A stretch of 64,000 nt of DNA from Actinomycetes bacterium (GCA_965227045.1 OZ245718.1:3223528-3287527); one strand, 5' to 3'; counted from the first letter of the stretch, positions 46,297-55,401 are shown. Numbers and translations: made by a program. Notes: a model not told the origin generated them from the sequence alone.

Positions 46297-48690
46297 TTGC
46301 AGGATTCGTCGGTCCGCGGTGTTTCGACTAGCACGCCGGACGGCATCATCCGTAATCGGCAGGTGGACATGGCGAAGTTGGAGCCGGGGGCGTGGGACGG
46401 TCGGGAGCTTCCGTACCTTCCGCAGATCGATTTGCGTATCGATCCGAGCCTGAAGCTCCACACGGGGTTCGATCTTGATGTCGATCCGATCACCTACCAA
46501 GTGCTGCGGTCTCGGTTCTGGAACTTGAATCTGGACCACTCGGACACCATCAAGCGGATGTCGGGCTCACCCATCGTCATCTACATGGACGACTTCAATA
46601 CCTCGTTGCTCACGGAGAACGGCGACACCATCGTCTCGGGGCCGTCGGTCCAGTACTTCACGGGTCATGGGGACTTGGTAGTGAAGTGGACTCTGGAGAA
46701 CCGCAGCGCAAACCCGGGCATCGAAGACGGAGACATTTTCCTGCAGAACGACCCTTACATTGGGACTGAACATCAGATGGATGTGATGACCTACGCCCCG
46801 ATCTTCTGGGAGGGAGCGCTCTTCTGCTGGGTGCTCAGCAACGCGCACATCGGAGACATCGGGGGCACCGAACCGGGGAGCTTCTGTCCGCAAGCACCCG
46901 ACATCTTCAGCGAGGCCACACCAGTCCCCCCGATCAAGCTTGCGCGTGCTGGGGTCCTGCAGGAGGACGTCGTGGACATGTTCGCGCGCAAGAGCCGAAC
47001 GCCCGACCAGGTCCGACTACAACTCCGTAGCCAGTTGGCGGGGCTCCGTGTGACCCGTGAGCGGATCCACGAGATGCTGGAGGAGTACGGCCCCTTGGTC
47101 GTCAAGGGCACGATGCGCGCGATGATCCGTGACTGCTCTGAGGCGGTGGGTCGCCGTCTGGAACAGATTCCCGACGGGGAGTGGACAGAGACGCTGTACA
47201 TCGGAAGTGCCTCGCCAGGTGACAGGGGCGTGCATCGAATCTCGACGACGGTTCGCAAGGAGGGCGACAGGCTCTACCTCACCAATGAGGGCAGCGATCC
47301 CCAGTTCATGTCAGCAAGCGCGCCGTTCTCGGCGTGGCGCTCGAGCCTCATGTGCGCGGGGGCGGCCCTGTTTGGCTACGACCAGTTCAACTGCCCCGCT
47401 GGAGTGGCAGATCACATGGAGTTCTTGCCGATACCCGGCACCATGACCTGCGCGCGGTACCCCGCAGCAGTGGGAACCCTGACCGCTGCCCTGCTCACGG
47501 TCTACCTGGCGAGTCAGGTCCTGAGCAAGATGGCGCTCGCCGGACCGCCGAATGTGCGAAAGACCGCGAACGCCAGCGGTGGTATTTCATGCCCGAGCTT
47601 CTGGGTAGGCGTGGGACTGGACCGCAATGGCAAGTTCGTCGCTGAGTCGCCGGGTGACCCCACCGCCGGTTCTATCGGGGCATTTCCCGATCGCGACGGT
47701 ATCGATACCGGCGGCGCGTGGTGGTGGCCGAATTCCAACGCTGGCAACGTCGAGAACTGGGAGGCCGCCTCACCGATCCTGTATCTGTTCCGCCGTGAGC
47801 AGGCCGACAGCGGCGGTGCCGGGCTCTGGCGCGGCGGCAACGGTATTCAGGTTTGCGTCATCCCCCATAAGACGACGAACTTCACGGCAATGATCGTTTC
47901 GAATGACCCGGCGATCAACACATCAGCTGGTCTCGCAGGTGGGATGCCCGGCCACCCGGGAAACCATCTAGCGAGTATGGGGTCCTCCATCAGAGAACTA
48001 TTTGGAGATGGCAAACTCCCTGCTTCCAGATCGGACTTGGAAGACGTTTTCGGGACGATGACGCGCATCGACCCCAAGACGGTATCCGGGCTAACAGACG
48101 CGGATGTCCTCGTAATCGATTTCAGTGGTGGCGGGGGGTACGGCGATCCTTTGCTTCGCGAGCTCGACCACGTCGCTTCGGACCTCGAGCATGGCTTGAT
48201 CAGTGAGGACCACGCGCGAGAGCATTATGGAGTCGTCGTCGACAGCGGCGTCCTCGACGTAGGGGCCAGCGAGTTTCAGCGCGTACAAGCCGTCCAAGTG
48301 CGCATGAGCCGTTCGCGGCCTCCGATCTCTCCAGTGCTGGGTTCTGTCGACGCCTCCCGGGTTCGGCCCTTGTCAGGAGCCTTGGGCGTCAGCTTTGAGC
48401 GCGGCTCCGCGGAGTGGGCGTGTTGTGGGTGCGGTCAGCTGCTCGGAAGTGCTGATGCGAACTTCAAGGACGGGACTTGTATCAACGAGGCGAGCCCATT
48501 CGATATCGATCCCGTGGCCTATCCGAATCCGGCGGACTTCTGTGACGTTCCCTTTGTGCTTCGCAGGTATCTGTGTCCCTCGTGCGGTGTGTGCCTCGGT
48601 TCCGAATGCGCTGCTACCGAGGATCCGCCAGCACACGACATGAAGCTTCTGCCCGCCGGCCTTCGCGCACTTGCCGAAGCCGCGTCCTAA
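46297..48690 (+). CDS. HyuB-family subunit with C-terminal Cys-rich gamma-subunit-like domain, copy 2
   Basis: TTG 46297 follows GGAGGA and is colinear with ATG 43409 of copy 1; the ORF opens at 46228. Same length core and same C-terminal Cys motifs. Confidence 0.8.
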   Translation: MQDSSVRGVSTSTPDGIIRNRQVDMAKLEPGAWDGRELPYLPQIDLRIDPSLKLHTGFDLDVDPITYQVLRSRFWNLNLDHSDTIKRMSGSPIVIYMDDFNTSLLTENGDTIVSGPSVQYFTGHGDLVVKWTLENRSANPGIEDGDIFLQNDPYIGTEHQMDVMTYAPIFWEGALFCWVLSNAHIGDIGGTEPGSFCPQAPDIFSEATPVPPIKLARAGVLQEDVVDMFARKSRTPDQVRLQLRSQLAGLRVTRERIHEMLEEYGPLVVKGTMRAMIRDCSEAVGRRLEQIPDGEWTETLYIGSASPGDRGVHRISTTVRKEGDRLYLTNEGSDPQFMSASAPFSAWRSSLMCAGAALFGYDQFNCPAGVADHMEFLPIPGTMTCARYPAAVGTLTAALLTVYLASQVLSKMALAGPPNVRKTANASGGISCPSFWVGVGLDRNGKFVAESPGDPTAGSIGAFPDRDGIDTGGAWWWPNSNAGNVENWEAASPILYLFRREQADSGGAGLWRGGNGIQVCVIPHKTTNFTAMIVSNDPAINTSAGLAGGMPGHPGNHLASMGSSIRELFGDGKLPASRSDLEDVFGTMTRIDPKTVSGLTDADVLVIDFSGGGGYGDPLLRELDHVASDLEHGLISEDHAREHYGVVVDSGVLDVGASEFQRVQAVQVRMSRSRPPISPVLGSVDASRVRPLSGALGVSFERGSAEWACCGCGQLLGSADANFKDGTCINEASPFDIDPVAYPNPADFCDVPFVLRRYLCPSCGVCLGSECAATEDPPAHDMKLLPAGLRALAEAAS
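46298..46568 (+). repeat. near-identical tract shared with 43410..43680
   Basis: See the partner feature at 43410..43680. Confidence 0.85.
48413..48671 (+). repeat. near-identical tract shared with 45525..45783
   Basis: See the partner feature at 45525..45783. Confidence 0.85.
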
Positions 48691-48722
48691 CAGTGCCTGA
48701 CGCCAGCGAAAGGGAAAGTTCG

Positions 48723-50834
48723 ATGACTACTGCACCTGTCCAGGGAACCACCTATGCCATCGGTGTTGACATCGGAGGTACCTTCACTGACTGCGTGCTG
48801 CTAGGTAGCGAGGGAACGATTGTTGGCGCCAAGTCGCCGACGACGCCGAATGACCGGTCCGAGGGCTTCTTCAACTCCATCGCGGAGGCAGGAGATCGGG
48901 TAGGTCTCTCTGTCGGGGAGCTGTTTGCGAGAACTAGCAGGATCGTGCATGGCACTACTACAGGCACAAATGCGATTGTCTCGCGCGCCGGCGCTGCGGT
49001 CGGTCTCATCACCACGGCAGGTCACGGCGACATTATGTTCATCATGCGCGGCGGAGGTCGGACCGCGGGGCTGTCGCCAGATGAGGCACTGCGTGTGCAC
49101 ACCACCTACAAGCCCGACCCTATCGTGCCGAAGACATTGATCGCGGAAATCCCTGAACGCATAGACATCGACGGTGATGTGGTCGTGCCGCTCGACGAAG
49201 TAGCGACGCGAGAAGCAATCCAGCGAGTAATTGGCGCTGGCGCCGAGGCCATTGCCATCAGCCTTCTGTGGAGCTTCCGCAACCCCCGCCATGAGCGACG
49301 CGTTCGCGAACTTGTCCGCGAGATCGCCCCGGACATGTTCGTGAGCTGTGCAAGCGACTTGGTCGCACAAATCGGTGAGTATGAGCGGACGACGACTGCC
49401 GTAATGAACGCTTACATCGGCCCCCTCATGAATCGCTACGTCAATCAGATCGTCCTAGGGGCCCGTGAACGCGGTTTCGACGGGCATGTGCTGTTCGCCC
49501 AGTGTGGAGGTGGGGCGATCACCGCGGAGGAAGCGCGATCGGCGCCAATACTTACCGTTCAGTCAGGTCCCGTTGCAGGCATCGTCAGTTCGGCCTTGCT
49601 ATGCAAGCAATTGGGCTTCGAAGATGCGCTTCTAGCGGATATGGGTGGTACGACATTTGACGTTAGCGTCATCCGTCACGGCGACCCCATCAGGCGTCGT
49701 ACATCAGTCTTTCAACGCTACGAACTCGCGCTACCGATGCTCGATGTCGAGTCCGTTGGAGCCGGGGGCGGCAGCCTCGTGTGGACGGATGAATCCGGTC
49801 GTCTGAACGTTGGGCCTCAGAGCGCAGGAGCGTTCCCTGGGCCTGCGTGCTACGAAAAGGGCAATGACATTGCCACTGTCACCGATGCCGACGTCACGCT
49901 CGGCGTGATCGATCCGAGCACTTTCTTGGACGGACGGATGAAGATCAGTGGCGAGGCGGCGGAGAGGAGCATTGCGACGGTCGCAGAGCAGTTCTCGCTG
50001 AGTGTGCCCGAGATCGCCGCGGGCGTGAACCGTCTGGTAGATGCGAAGATGGCCGACCTGATTAGGCGCATGAGCGTCATGCGTGGCCTAGATCCACGTA
50101 AGTTCGTGATGCTCGCGTTCGGTGGCGGAGGCCCTGTCCATGCATGCGCCGTCGCCAGGGAGGCTGGTGTCGGGAGAGTCATCATTCCCTTGCCCCACGT
50201 GGCCGCGATGTGGTCTGCTCTCGGGGCTGCTCTCTCCGATGTGACCCACAGCTTCTCTACGCCGCTGGAGCTGACGCTGCCCTTAGAGGGCGAAGAGCTT
50301 CGCGAGGTTTTCGCCACTATGCAGAAGCGCGCACGCGACACGTTCAACGAAACTGGCTTTGAAGGCGACGAGCCTACCTTCCAGTACACCGTCCGTATGA
50401 AGTACGCGGCGCAGGTGTTGGACGTTGAGGTGCCAATCTCCGCCGACCACCTTCAGGGCGATGTGTCGGCCAAGTTAGCTGACACGTTTGCGGATATCTA
50501 CATCGAACTGTTCGGCAAGGGTTCGGGATACGCTGCTGCAGGGATAGAAATCACCGATGGGACGGTCCATGCGACTGTTGCCACACCGAAGCCCGAGTTT
50601 CGTCGTGTTGACAATTCAGTCGCGACCCCGGTCACCCGAACGACCCGCAATGTGCACTGGGCCGAAGCCGGCACGGAGCTTCCGACCTCTGTCCTCCGAT
50701 TGAAGTCGGGCGTCGTGCCGGGCGCGATCCCAGGGCCGGCTCTGATCGAACTCCCAGATACTGTTGTCGTCGTTGGGCCGCACGACACGGCGCACTTCGA
50801 TGAGTTCGGAAACATCATCGTAGATATTGGCTAA
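48723..50834 (+). CDS. hydantoinase A/oxoprolinase (HyuA)-family ATPase subunit
   Basis: 703 aa. ATG 48723 follows GAAAGGGAAAG; the ORF opens at 48573 in the shared tract. YAIGVDIGGTFTDCVL and LADMGGTTFDV. Confidence 0.9.
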   Translation: MTTAPVQGTTYAIGVDIGGTFTDCVLLGSEGTIVGAKSPTTPNDRSEGFFNSIAEAGDRVGLSVGELFARTSRIVHGTTTGTNAIVSRAGAAVGLITTAGHGDIMFIMRGGGRTAGLSPDEALRVHTTYKPDPIVPKTLIAEIPERIDIDGDVVVPLDEVATREAIQRVIGAGAEAIAISLLWSFRNPRHERRVRELVREIAPDMFVSCASDLVAQIGEYERTTTAVMNAYIGPLMNRYVNQIVLGARERGFDGHVLFAQCGGGAITAEEARSAPILTVQSGPVAGIVSSALLCKQLGFEDALLADMGGTTFDVSVIRHGDPIRRRTSVFQRYELALPMLDVESVGAGGGSLVWTDESGRLNVGPQSAGAFPGPACYEKGNDIATVTDADVTLGVIDPSTFLDGRMKISGEAAERSIATVAEQFSLSVPEIAAGVNRLVDAKMADLIRRMSVMRGLDPRKFVMLAFGGGGPVHACAVAREAGVGRVIIPLPHVAAMWSALGAALSDVTHSFSTPLELTLPLEGEELREVFATMQKRARDTFNETGFEGDEPTFQYTVRMKYAAQVLDVEVPISADHLQGDVSAKLADTFADIYIELFGKGSGYAAAGIEITDGTVHATVATPKPEFRRVDNSVATPVTRTTRNVHWAEAGTELPTSVLRLKSGVVPGAIPGPALIELPDTVVVVGPHDTAHFDEFGNIIVDIG

Positions 50835-50942
50835 AGCCTCGCGCGTCGCCTGGCAGTCTGAACTCGCACAGGCCCGGTCGCTGCGAGTGCGGTCGGATTC
50901 ATGTATTTGATCGTCCGGCTCGAGGTGAGTCAGCATTCTCCG

Positions 50943-51905
50943 CTAAACGATATGTTTCTTCGCGCGAGGTCCAAGGACTCCTTGGGCCAGCCCCGCGCCG
51001 ATCACCACGACGACGGCACCCAAGACCTGATACCAGGCTAGTACCTCGCCAAGCAGCGCAACTCCCGCGGCGATTGCGACGAGAGGGACAAAGTATGTGA
51101 TGGAACTCGCAGTCGTCGAGTCGGTTTGCTTCACTACGTAGAGAACTAGAACAGCAACCACGCCGCTGCTAAGAGTGCCGACCGCGATCATCCCGATCAA
51201 CGCTGACGGGACTAGGGGAGCATGAGTTCCGCCAAGAACGATTGAAAAGGGCAGCACCTCCAACGTCGCTAGGAAGAACGTCACGGCCGAGAGGGCGATG
51301 GGGGAGGTGCTGACGTTCGCCTTCCCGCCCGTGAGAAAGCGGTGCGAGTAGGGGAGTGAGAACGCGTAGAGCAATACGGCTAGGAGCTGCGCACCAATGC
51401 CCACGACAGTGCCAGAGCCAACCCCATTCCACACTCCGATCACAACGAGGATCCCTGCAAATCCCAGGAAGATTCCTGCCACGCGAGTTGGCGACGCGCG
51501 TTGCTCGGGGAAGAACAGCAGGTTTAAGACGAAGACCCAGATTGCTGTCATGCTTCCTAAGACGGCGACGATCGACGTGGCAACGTGGGTGACCGCAACT
51601 CCGAGAAGCACCCACGGCACCGACGCAACCAAAAGTGAGTACACGACCAGGCGCGGCCACAAGGCAAGAGGTGGCAGGCGAGTCCTCGTAACGAGGCAGA
51701 CGAGGAGCAGCGTCGTAGCGCCTAGGACGCTGCTTCCTAGCGAGACGCCAATCGGCGTAAACGTGACGAGAGTCCAGGACGTGAACAGAAAGGTCAAACC
51801 CCATGCCAGTACGATCGCGAGGTACGCGAGGATCCAGCTCTTCGATTCAAATGGTCTGTGAGTGGACCAGTCTTCGGCGGGACTTTCACCATGTGCACCA
51901 GTCAA
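50943..51905 (-). CDS. EamA/DMT family transporter
   Basis: 320 aa, about 10 hydrophobic segments in two halves. TTG start overlaps the amidase stop (TTGA). Confidence 0.8.
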   Translation of the reverse strand: MTGAHGESPAEDWSTHRPFESKSWILAYLAIVLAWGLTFLFTSWTLVTFTPIGVSLGSSVLGATTLLLVCLVTRTRLPPLALWPRLVVYSLLVASVPWVLLGVAVTHVATSIVAVLGSMTAIWVFVLNLLFFPEQRASPTRVAGIFLGFAGILVVIGVWNGVGSGTVVGIGAQLLAVLLYAFSLPYSHRFLTGGKANVSTSPIALSAVTFFLATLEVLPFSIVLGGTHAPLVPSALIGMIAVGTLSSGVVAVLVLYVVKQTDSTTASSITYFVPLVAIAAGVALLGEVLAWYQVLGAVVVVIGAGLAQGVLGPRAKKHIV

Positions 51906-53389
51906 GCTGAAGAGCTGCCCAACATCCTCAGTACTTCTGGGGATTCTTCCAAGTGGTGATCTGTTACCAATTGAAAGGCGTCTGCGGCCCGAAACACGTC
52001 CGACTCCCGGAAGGCGCCGCCGGCAAGTTGCAACCCCACCGGCAGGCCACGCGACGTTTGGCCCATGGGTATCGACATCGCTGGAAAGCCTGCGCCGTCC
52101 CAGTAGGGGGTCAGCGCAGCGCCGGCTAGCGTTGCAAAGTTGAGTTCATCGACTCTCAGGGGTCCGCGCATGCAGGTTGGCGAGACGAGAACGTTGTGAT
52201 CGCGAAATACGTTGGCCAGTTCCTTCAAGGCGACTCTCCGAACCCTTTGGGCCTGAACGTAGTCTGCCCCAGTAACCAGCGCGCCGAGCCCCAGAGTGAA
52301 TCGGCTTTCCCAGCCGTAGTCATCCCAGCGTTCGATCAGGTCGGGTCGGTGATAGGTGAAGCCGTCGGCGGTAGCCATGCTGAGCGCGCACGTAGTCAAC
52401 TCGTCGAATAGCGGGAACTGAATCTCACGTACGTCGGCCCCTGCCTGACTGAAGACCTCTACCGCCGCGCGGGTGAGCAGCGCGACGTCCGGATCGCACT
52501 CCGGGCGCGACAGGAACGACATGTCTACGCCAATGATCATTCCCTCCACTGAACCGGTCAGGGCGCCGATGTAGTCGTCAACAGGATGACGGATACTGGA
52601 GTGGTCGCTGGTATCGTGGCCAGCGATCACTCCCAAGATGGCAGCCGTATCACGGGCGCTTCTGGCCATCGGCCCGATGTGGTCAGTACTGAATCCAAGA
52701 GGAACACTCCCCGACCGTGGGACTCGTCCGTAGGTTTGCTTCATTCCGCTGATGCCACACCACGACGAGGGCACTCGGATGCTGCCACCGGTGTCTGTGC
52801 CCAGGCCGCCGAGGAACAGTCCCGCTGCTACACCACTTCCGGTTCCCGAGCTCGATCCGCCGGCCCAATAGTCGAGGTCAAACGGGTTGAGTGGAGTCGG
52901 ATATCCCTTGCTGGGATCAGGCAACCCGACTGCGTACTCCATCGTGGTGGTCTTGCCAGTGATCACGGCGCCGGCAGTTCTCAGCCGCGCAATTACCACG
53001 GCGTCGCCCTGCTGCCCAAACTCAGGACGAAGGATTAGGCTCTGCCCAGTAGTTCGTGCGTCCGACGTCGCAATGATGTCCTTTATGCCCATGGGAATCC
53101 CATGCAGCGGGCCGCGGTCCAGACCTGCGGCGAGTTCTTCGTCGGCTTTGGCCGCCGCCGCCATCACTGCATCTCCAGCGACGCGGTTGATATAAACTCC
53201 CAAGGCTTCATCTAGTGCGTCAGCCCGAGCCTGGACGGCCTGAACCAACTCAACCGCCCTGAGCGATCCGTCGCGCAGTTTGACGGCTGCCGCAGCGATG
53301 GTGAGTGGGAGGTGGTCTGAAGCGGACGAATACTCCTTCGGTCGAACGTGCGCGGCCGTCATACTCGAACTATCGTCTTGACCTGACAT
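51902..53389 (-). CDS. amidase-signature (GatA/AtzE-like) amidase
   Basis: 495 aa. GPLHGIPMGIKD, GGSSSGTGSGVAAG, GTDTGGSIRVPS. Confidence 0.9.
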   Translation of the reverse strand: MSGQDDSSSMTAAHVRPKEYSSASDHLPLTIAAAAVKLRDGSLRAVELVQAVQARADALDEALGVYINRVAGDAVMAAAAKADEELAAGLDRGPLHGIPMGIKDIIATSDARTTGQSLILRPEFGQQGDAVVIARLRTAGAVITGKTTTMEYAVGLPDPSKGYPTPLNPFDLDYWAGGSSSGTGSGVAAGLFLGGLGTDTGGSIRVPSSWCGISGMKQTYGRVPRSGSVPLGFSTDHIGPMARSARDTAAILGVIAGHDTSDHSSIRHPVDDYIGALTGSVEGMIIGVDMSFLSRPECDPDVALLTRAAVEVFSQAGADVREIQFPLFDELTTCALSMATADGFTYHRPDLIERWDDYGWESRFTLGLGALVTGADYVQAQRVRRVALKELANVFRDHNVLVSPTCMRGPLRVDELNFATLAGAALTPYWDGAGFPAMSIPMGQTSRGLPVGLQLAGGAFRESDVFRAADAFQLVTDHHLEESPEVLRMLGSSSA

Positions 53390-53400
53390 GTTCCTGCCCT

Positions 53401-53589
53401 CTAGACGTTAGTCGGGTCGAATGTGAGCTGGGGTTCTTCTTCGCGGATCATGGGCACCGCGTACAGAGCGTCGAGGCCAGCCCTCCAGAACGGATACGCC
53501 TCAACGAAGGCCGCCTTGTCGTCGTCTGGAACTGTTAGTCCTGCGGCGGCAAACAGAACATTGACTGACTCTTCGGCTGTTGGGGTCAT
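53401..53589 (-). CDS. small AtzG/GatC-like (DUF4089-like) protein, putative amidase partner
   Basis: 62 aa. GAGGA RBS. Its stop lies 11 nt before the amidase ATG. The pattern AAAGLTVPDDD...EEEPQLTFDP resembles small subunits paired with AtzE-type amidases. Confidence 0.45.
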   Translation of the reverse strand: MTPTAEESVNVLFAAAGLTVPDDDKAAFVEAYPFWRAGLDALYAVPMIREEEPQLTFDPTNV

Positions 53590-53676
53590 GGCTCGAAATC
53601 CTCACGCTCGTCGTTTGAGATCTGTGTCGTACGAGTGACCTCGGACGTATACGGCGAAAGCCACATACGTCCAGGG

Positions 53677-53715
53677 CGTGGGCTGGCAGTCTCGTTCGGC
53701 CACTGCCAGCCCACG
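53677..53715 (-). terminator. hairpin after the SBP gene (minus strand)
   Basis: CGTGGGCTGGCAGT ... ACTGCCAGCCCACG: 14-bp stem, 11-nt loop, 9 nt beyond the stop of 53724. Confidence 0.55.
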
Positions 53716-53723
53716 TTGGCCGC

Positions 53724-54929
53724 CTACTTGCCCCAAAGGGCGATGTACTGGTCTTTGTAGTCCGGGACTAGGACAGGCTGGAAGCCATCAGCAGGCAGTG
53801 CGGGTACGTTCCCGTATTCCTTCGACCAGATCTGAGTGGGCAGCTGCTGGGACTCCTTGGCTGACTCGGGCTGGCCGGTAAACAGACGTGCGAGAGCGTC
53901 AACAGAACGCCACCCCATGTCGGTTTCATCGATGGCCATAGACGCCGTTAGATCTCCGCTTTCCAGATTTCCCAGGCTGGTGACGCGCGGCGCGATGGAA
54001 TAGACAGGCGGAAGATCAACTCCCGCGGCTTCGGCCGCCGGATAGAGCGCTCCGCCGAGGCCGTCGAATGCCAGGAACAGCGCCTTCATGTCTGGAGTGG
54101 CGCGGTAGGCGTTGACAATGTCAGTACCGGCACTGCCGCCGAGCGAAGCAAGGGAGAGGACGATCGGCACGGTCGTGCACTCCGGACAAAGTTCAGCAAC
54201 ACGGTCGGTGAAGCCCTTTGCGTAACGGTCCGTTGTGGCATAGCCCTCGATGGTGACCACACCAAGCGGACCAGGAGTATCGATCTTCGAGAGCGCAGCG
54301 TCGGCATCTGTGGCGGCGAGTTTTGCCATGTCTGCGGTGGACGCAAAACTCAGTGCCACCTGGTCATCCTGATCATCAAACCCGTAGAAGTTGACGACAT
54401 GGATGCCCTGGTCCTTCAGGTCGGCGAGCTGGGTCGTTAGCGGAGTCAGATCCACGGCTGTTAGGTAGATCGCATCCGGGCTCAACTGCGCAGCTTGCTG
54501 GAGGGCTTGTTGGATCAGTTGCGGCGTCGGGGACTCGGGGGAGATCACCTTGACCGTCCATCCAAGTACGTCAGCTGCTTCCTCGATGGCCTTTACTTTG
54601 TCTGGAGTGTCCGCGGGACCTGCAGTGATCACGACCAAGTTCTTTCCTGATGGAATTGCCTTTCCCACCGGCTCGGTGATGCCGATAGTGGTGGGTGCGT
54701 CTTTGAAAGCCGCTACGGCTGCGGCGGCCTTCTCCTGCATGGTTTGTGCTGCCGATGCGCTGGACGCTTGGGAGGGTGCAGTCGACGCATCCGAAGATGC
54801 ACTGGATTCCGGTGCAGCCGTCGCTTCTGTGCTGGTAGTACTGCCGCACGCAGTAGTAGCAGCCACGGCTGCTAACACGGCGGCCGATGCTGCGAGCTTC
54901 ACTGCGGATCTCACACGGACAGTTGACAT
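53724..54929 (-). CDS. lipoprotein substrate-binding protein (group B, orphan)
   Basis: ATG at 54929; the ORF is open to 54947. Lipobox ATTAC, S/T/A-rich linker. Ends QYIALWGK. Paralog of 42081. Confidence 0.75.
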   Translation of the reverse strand: MSTVRVRSAVKLAASAAVLAAVAATTACGSTTSTEATAAPESSASSDASTAPSQASSASAAQTMQEKAAAAVAAFKDAPTTIGITEPVGKAIPSGKNLVVITAGPADTPDKVKAIEEAADVLGWTVKVISPESPTPQLIQQALQQAAQLSPDAIYLTAVDLTPLTTQLADLKDQGIHVVNFYGFDDQDDQVALSFASTADMAKLAATDADAALSKIDTPGPLGVVTIEGYATTDRYAKGFTDRVAELCPECTTVPIVLSLASLGGSAGTDIVNAYRATPDMKALFLAFDGLGGALYPAAEAAGVDLPPVYSIAPRVTSLGNLESGDLTASMAIDETDMGWRSVDALARLFTGQPESAKESQQLPTQIWSKEYGNVPALPADGFQPVLVPDYKDQYIALWGK

Positions 54930-55072
54930 ATGGCGGTATCTCCTCACCTAGATGTCGCTACGACTCGTGTCGAGCGGCTTCACACGTCTAGCGATGACCA
55001 GGCCAGCTCTCCCAGACGCTGTGTGTCGCCGAGAGCTAGTAGGTCCGCAACGGAATGATCTGCTGAGGACGG

Positions 55073-55116
55073 TCTGGTCGTATATCTAGGACTACGGTCC
55101 TAGATATACGACCAGA
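55073..55116. promoter_or_regulatory. 44-bp perfect palindrome containing a perfect TAGGAC-N4-GTCCTA core (55087..55102)
   Basis: TCTGGTCGTATATCTAGGAC-TACG-GTCCTAGATATACGACCAGA: 20-bp arms with a 4-nt centre. Lies in the divergent region between SBP 54929(-) and amidase 55402(+). Confidence 0.65.
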
Positions 55117-55312
55117 TCATGACAGTGGTGCGGAGTGGCCGCAAGAGGCGTCACCGAAACGTAACTTTGAGTGTTTGCTGTCACGAGAATGTAACGAGCA
55201 GCGCGCAATTTCGACAGTCGTACAGCCTGAACCCCTAGTTCTTCGGAGACAGATACCTCAGTTCTTCAGTAGGTTGCGAACGACTTGTGCATGTGCCATA
55301 TTTGCGCACACA

Positions 55313-55328
55313 TAGGACGGGCGTGCTA
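55313..55328. promoter_or_regulatory. operator-like site (1 mismatch)
   Basis: TAGGACGGGCGTGCTA, 73 nt upstream of amidase ATG 55402. Confidence 0.45.
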
Positions 55329-55401
55329 GATCCAAAACCTCTGCCCATGGGGCAGCGGATGGGCTCGGCACGTTTCGCGACACTTCGACGGAAGGACCGG
55401 C

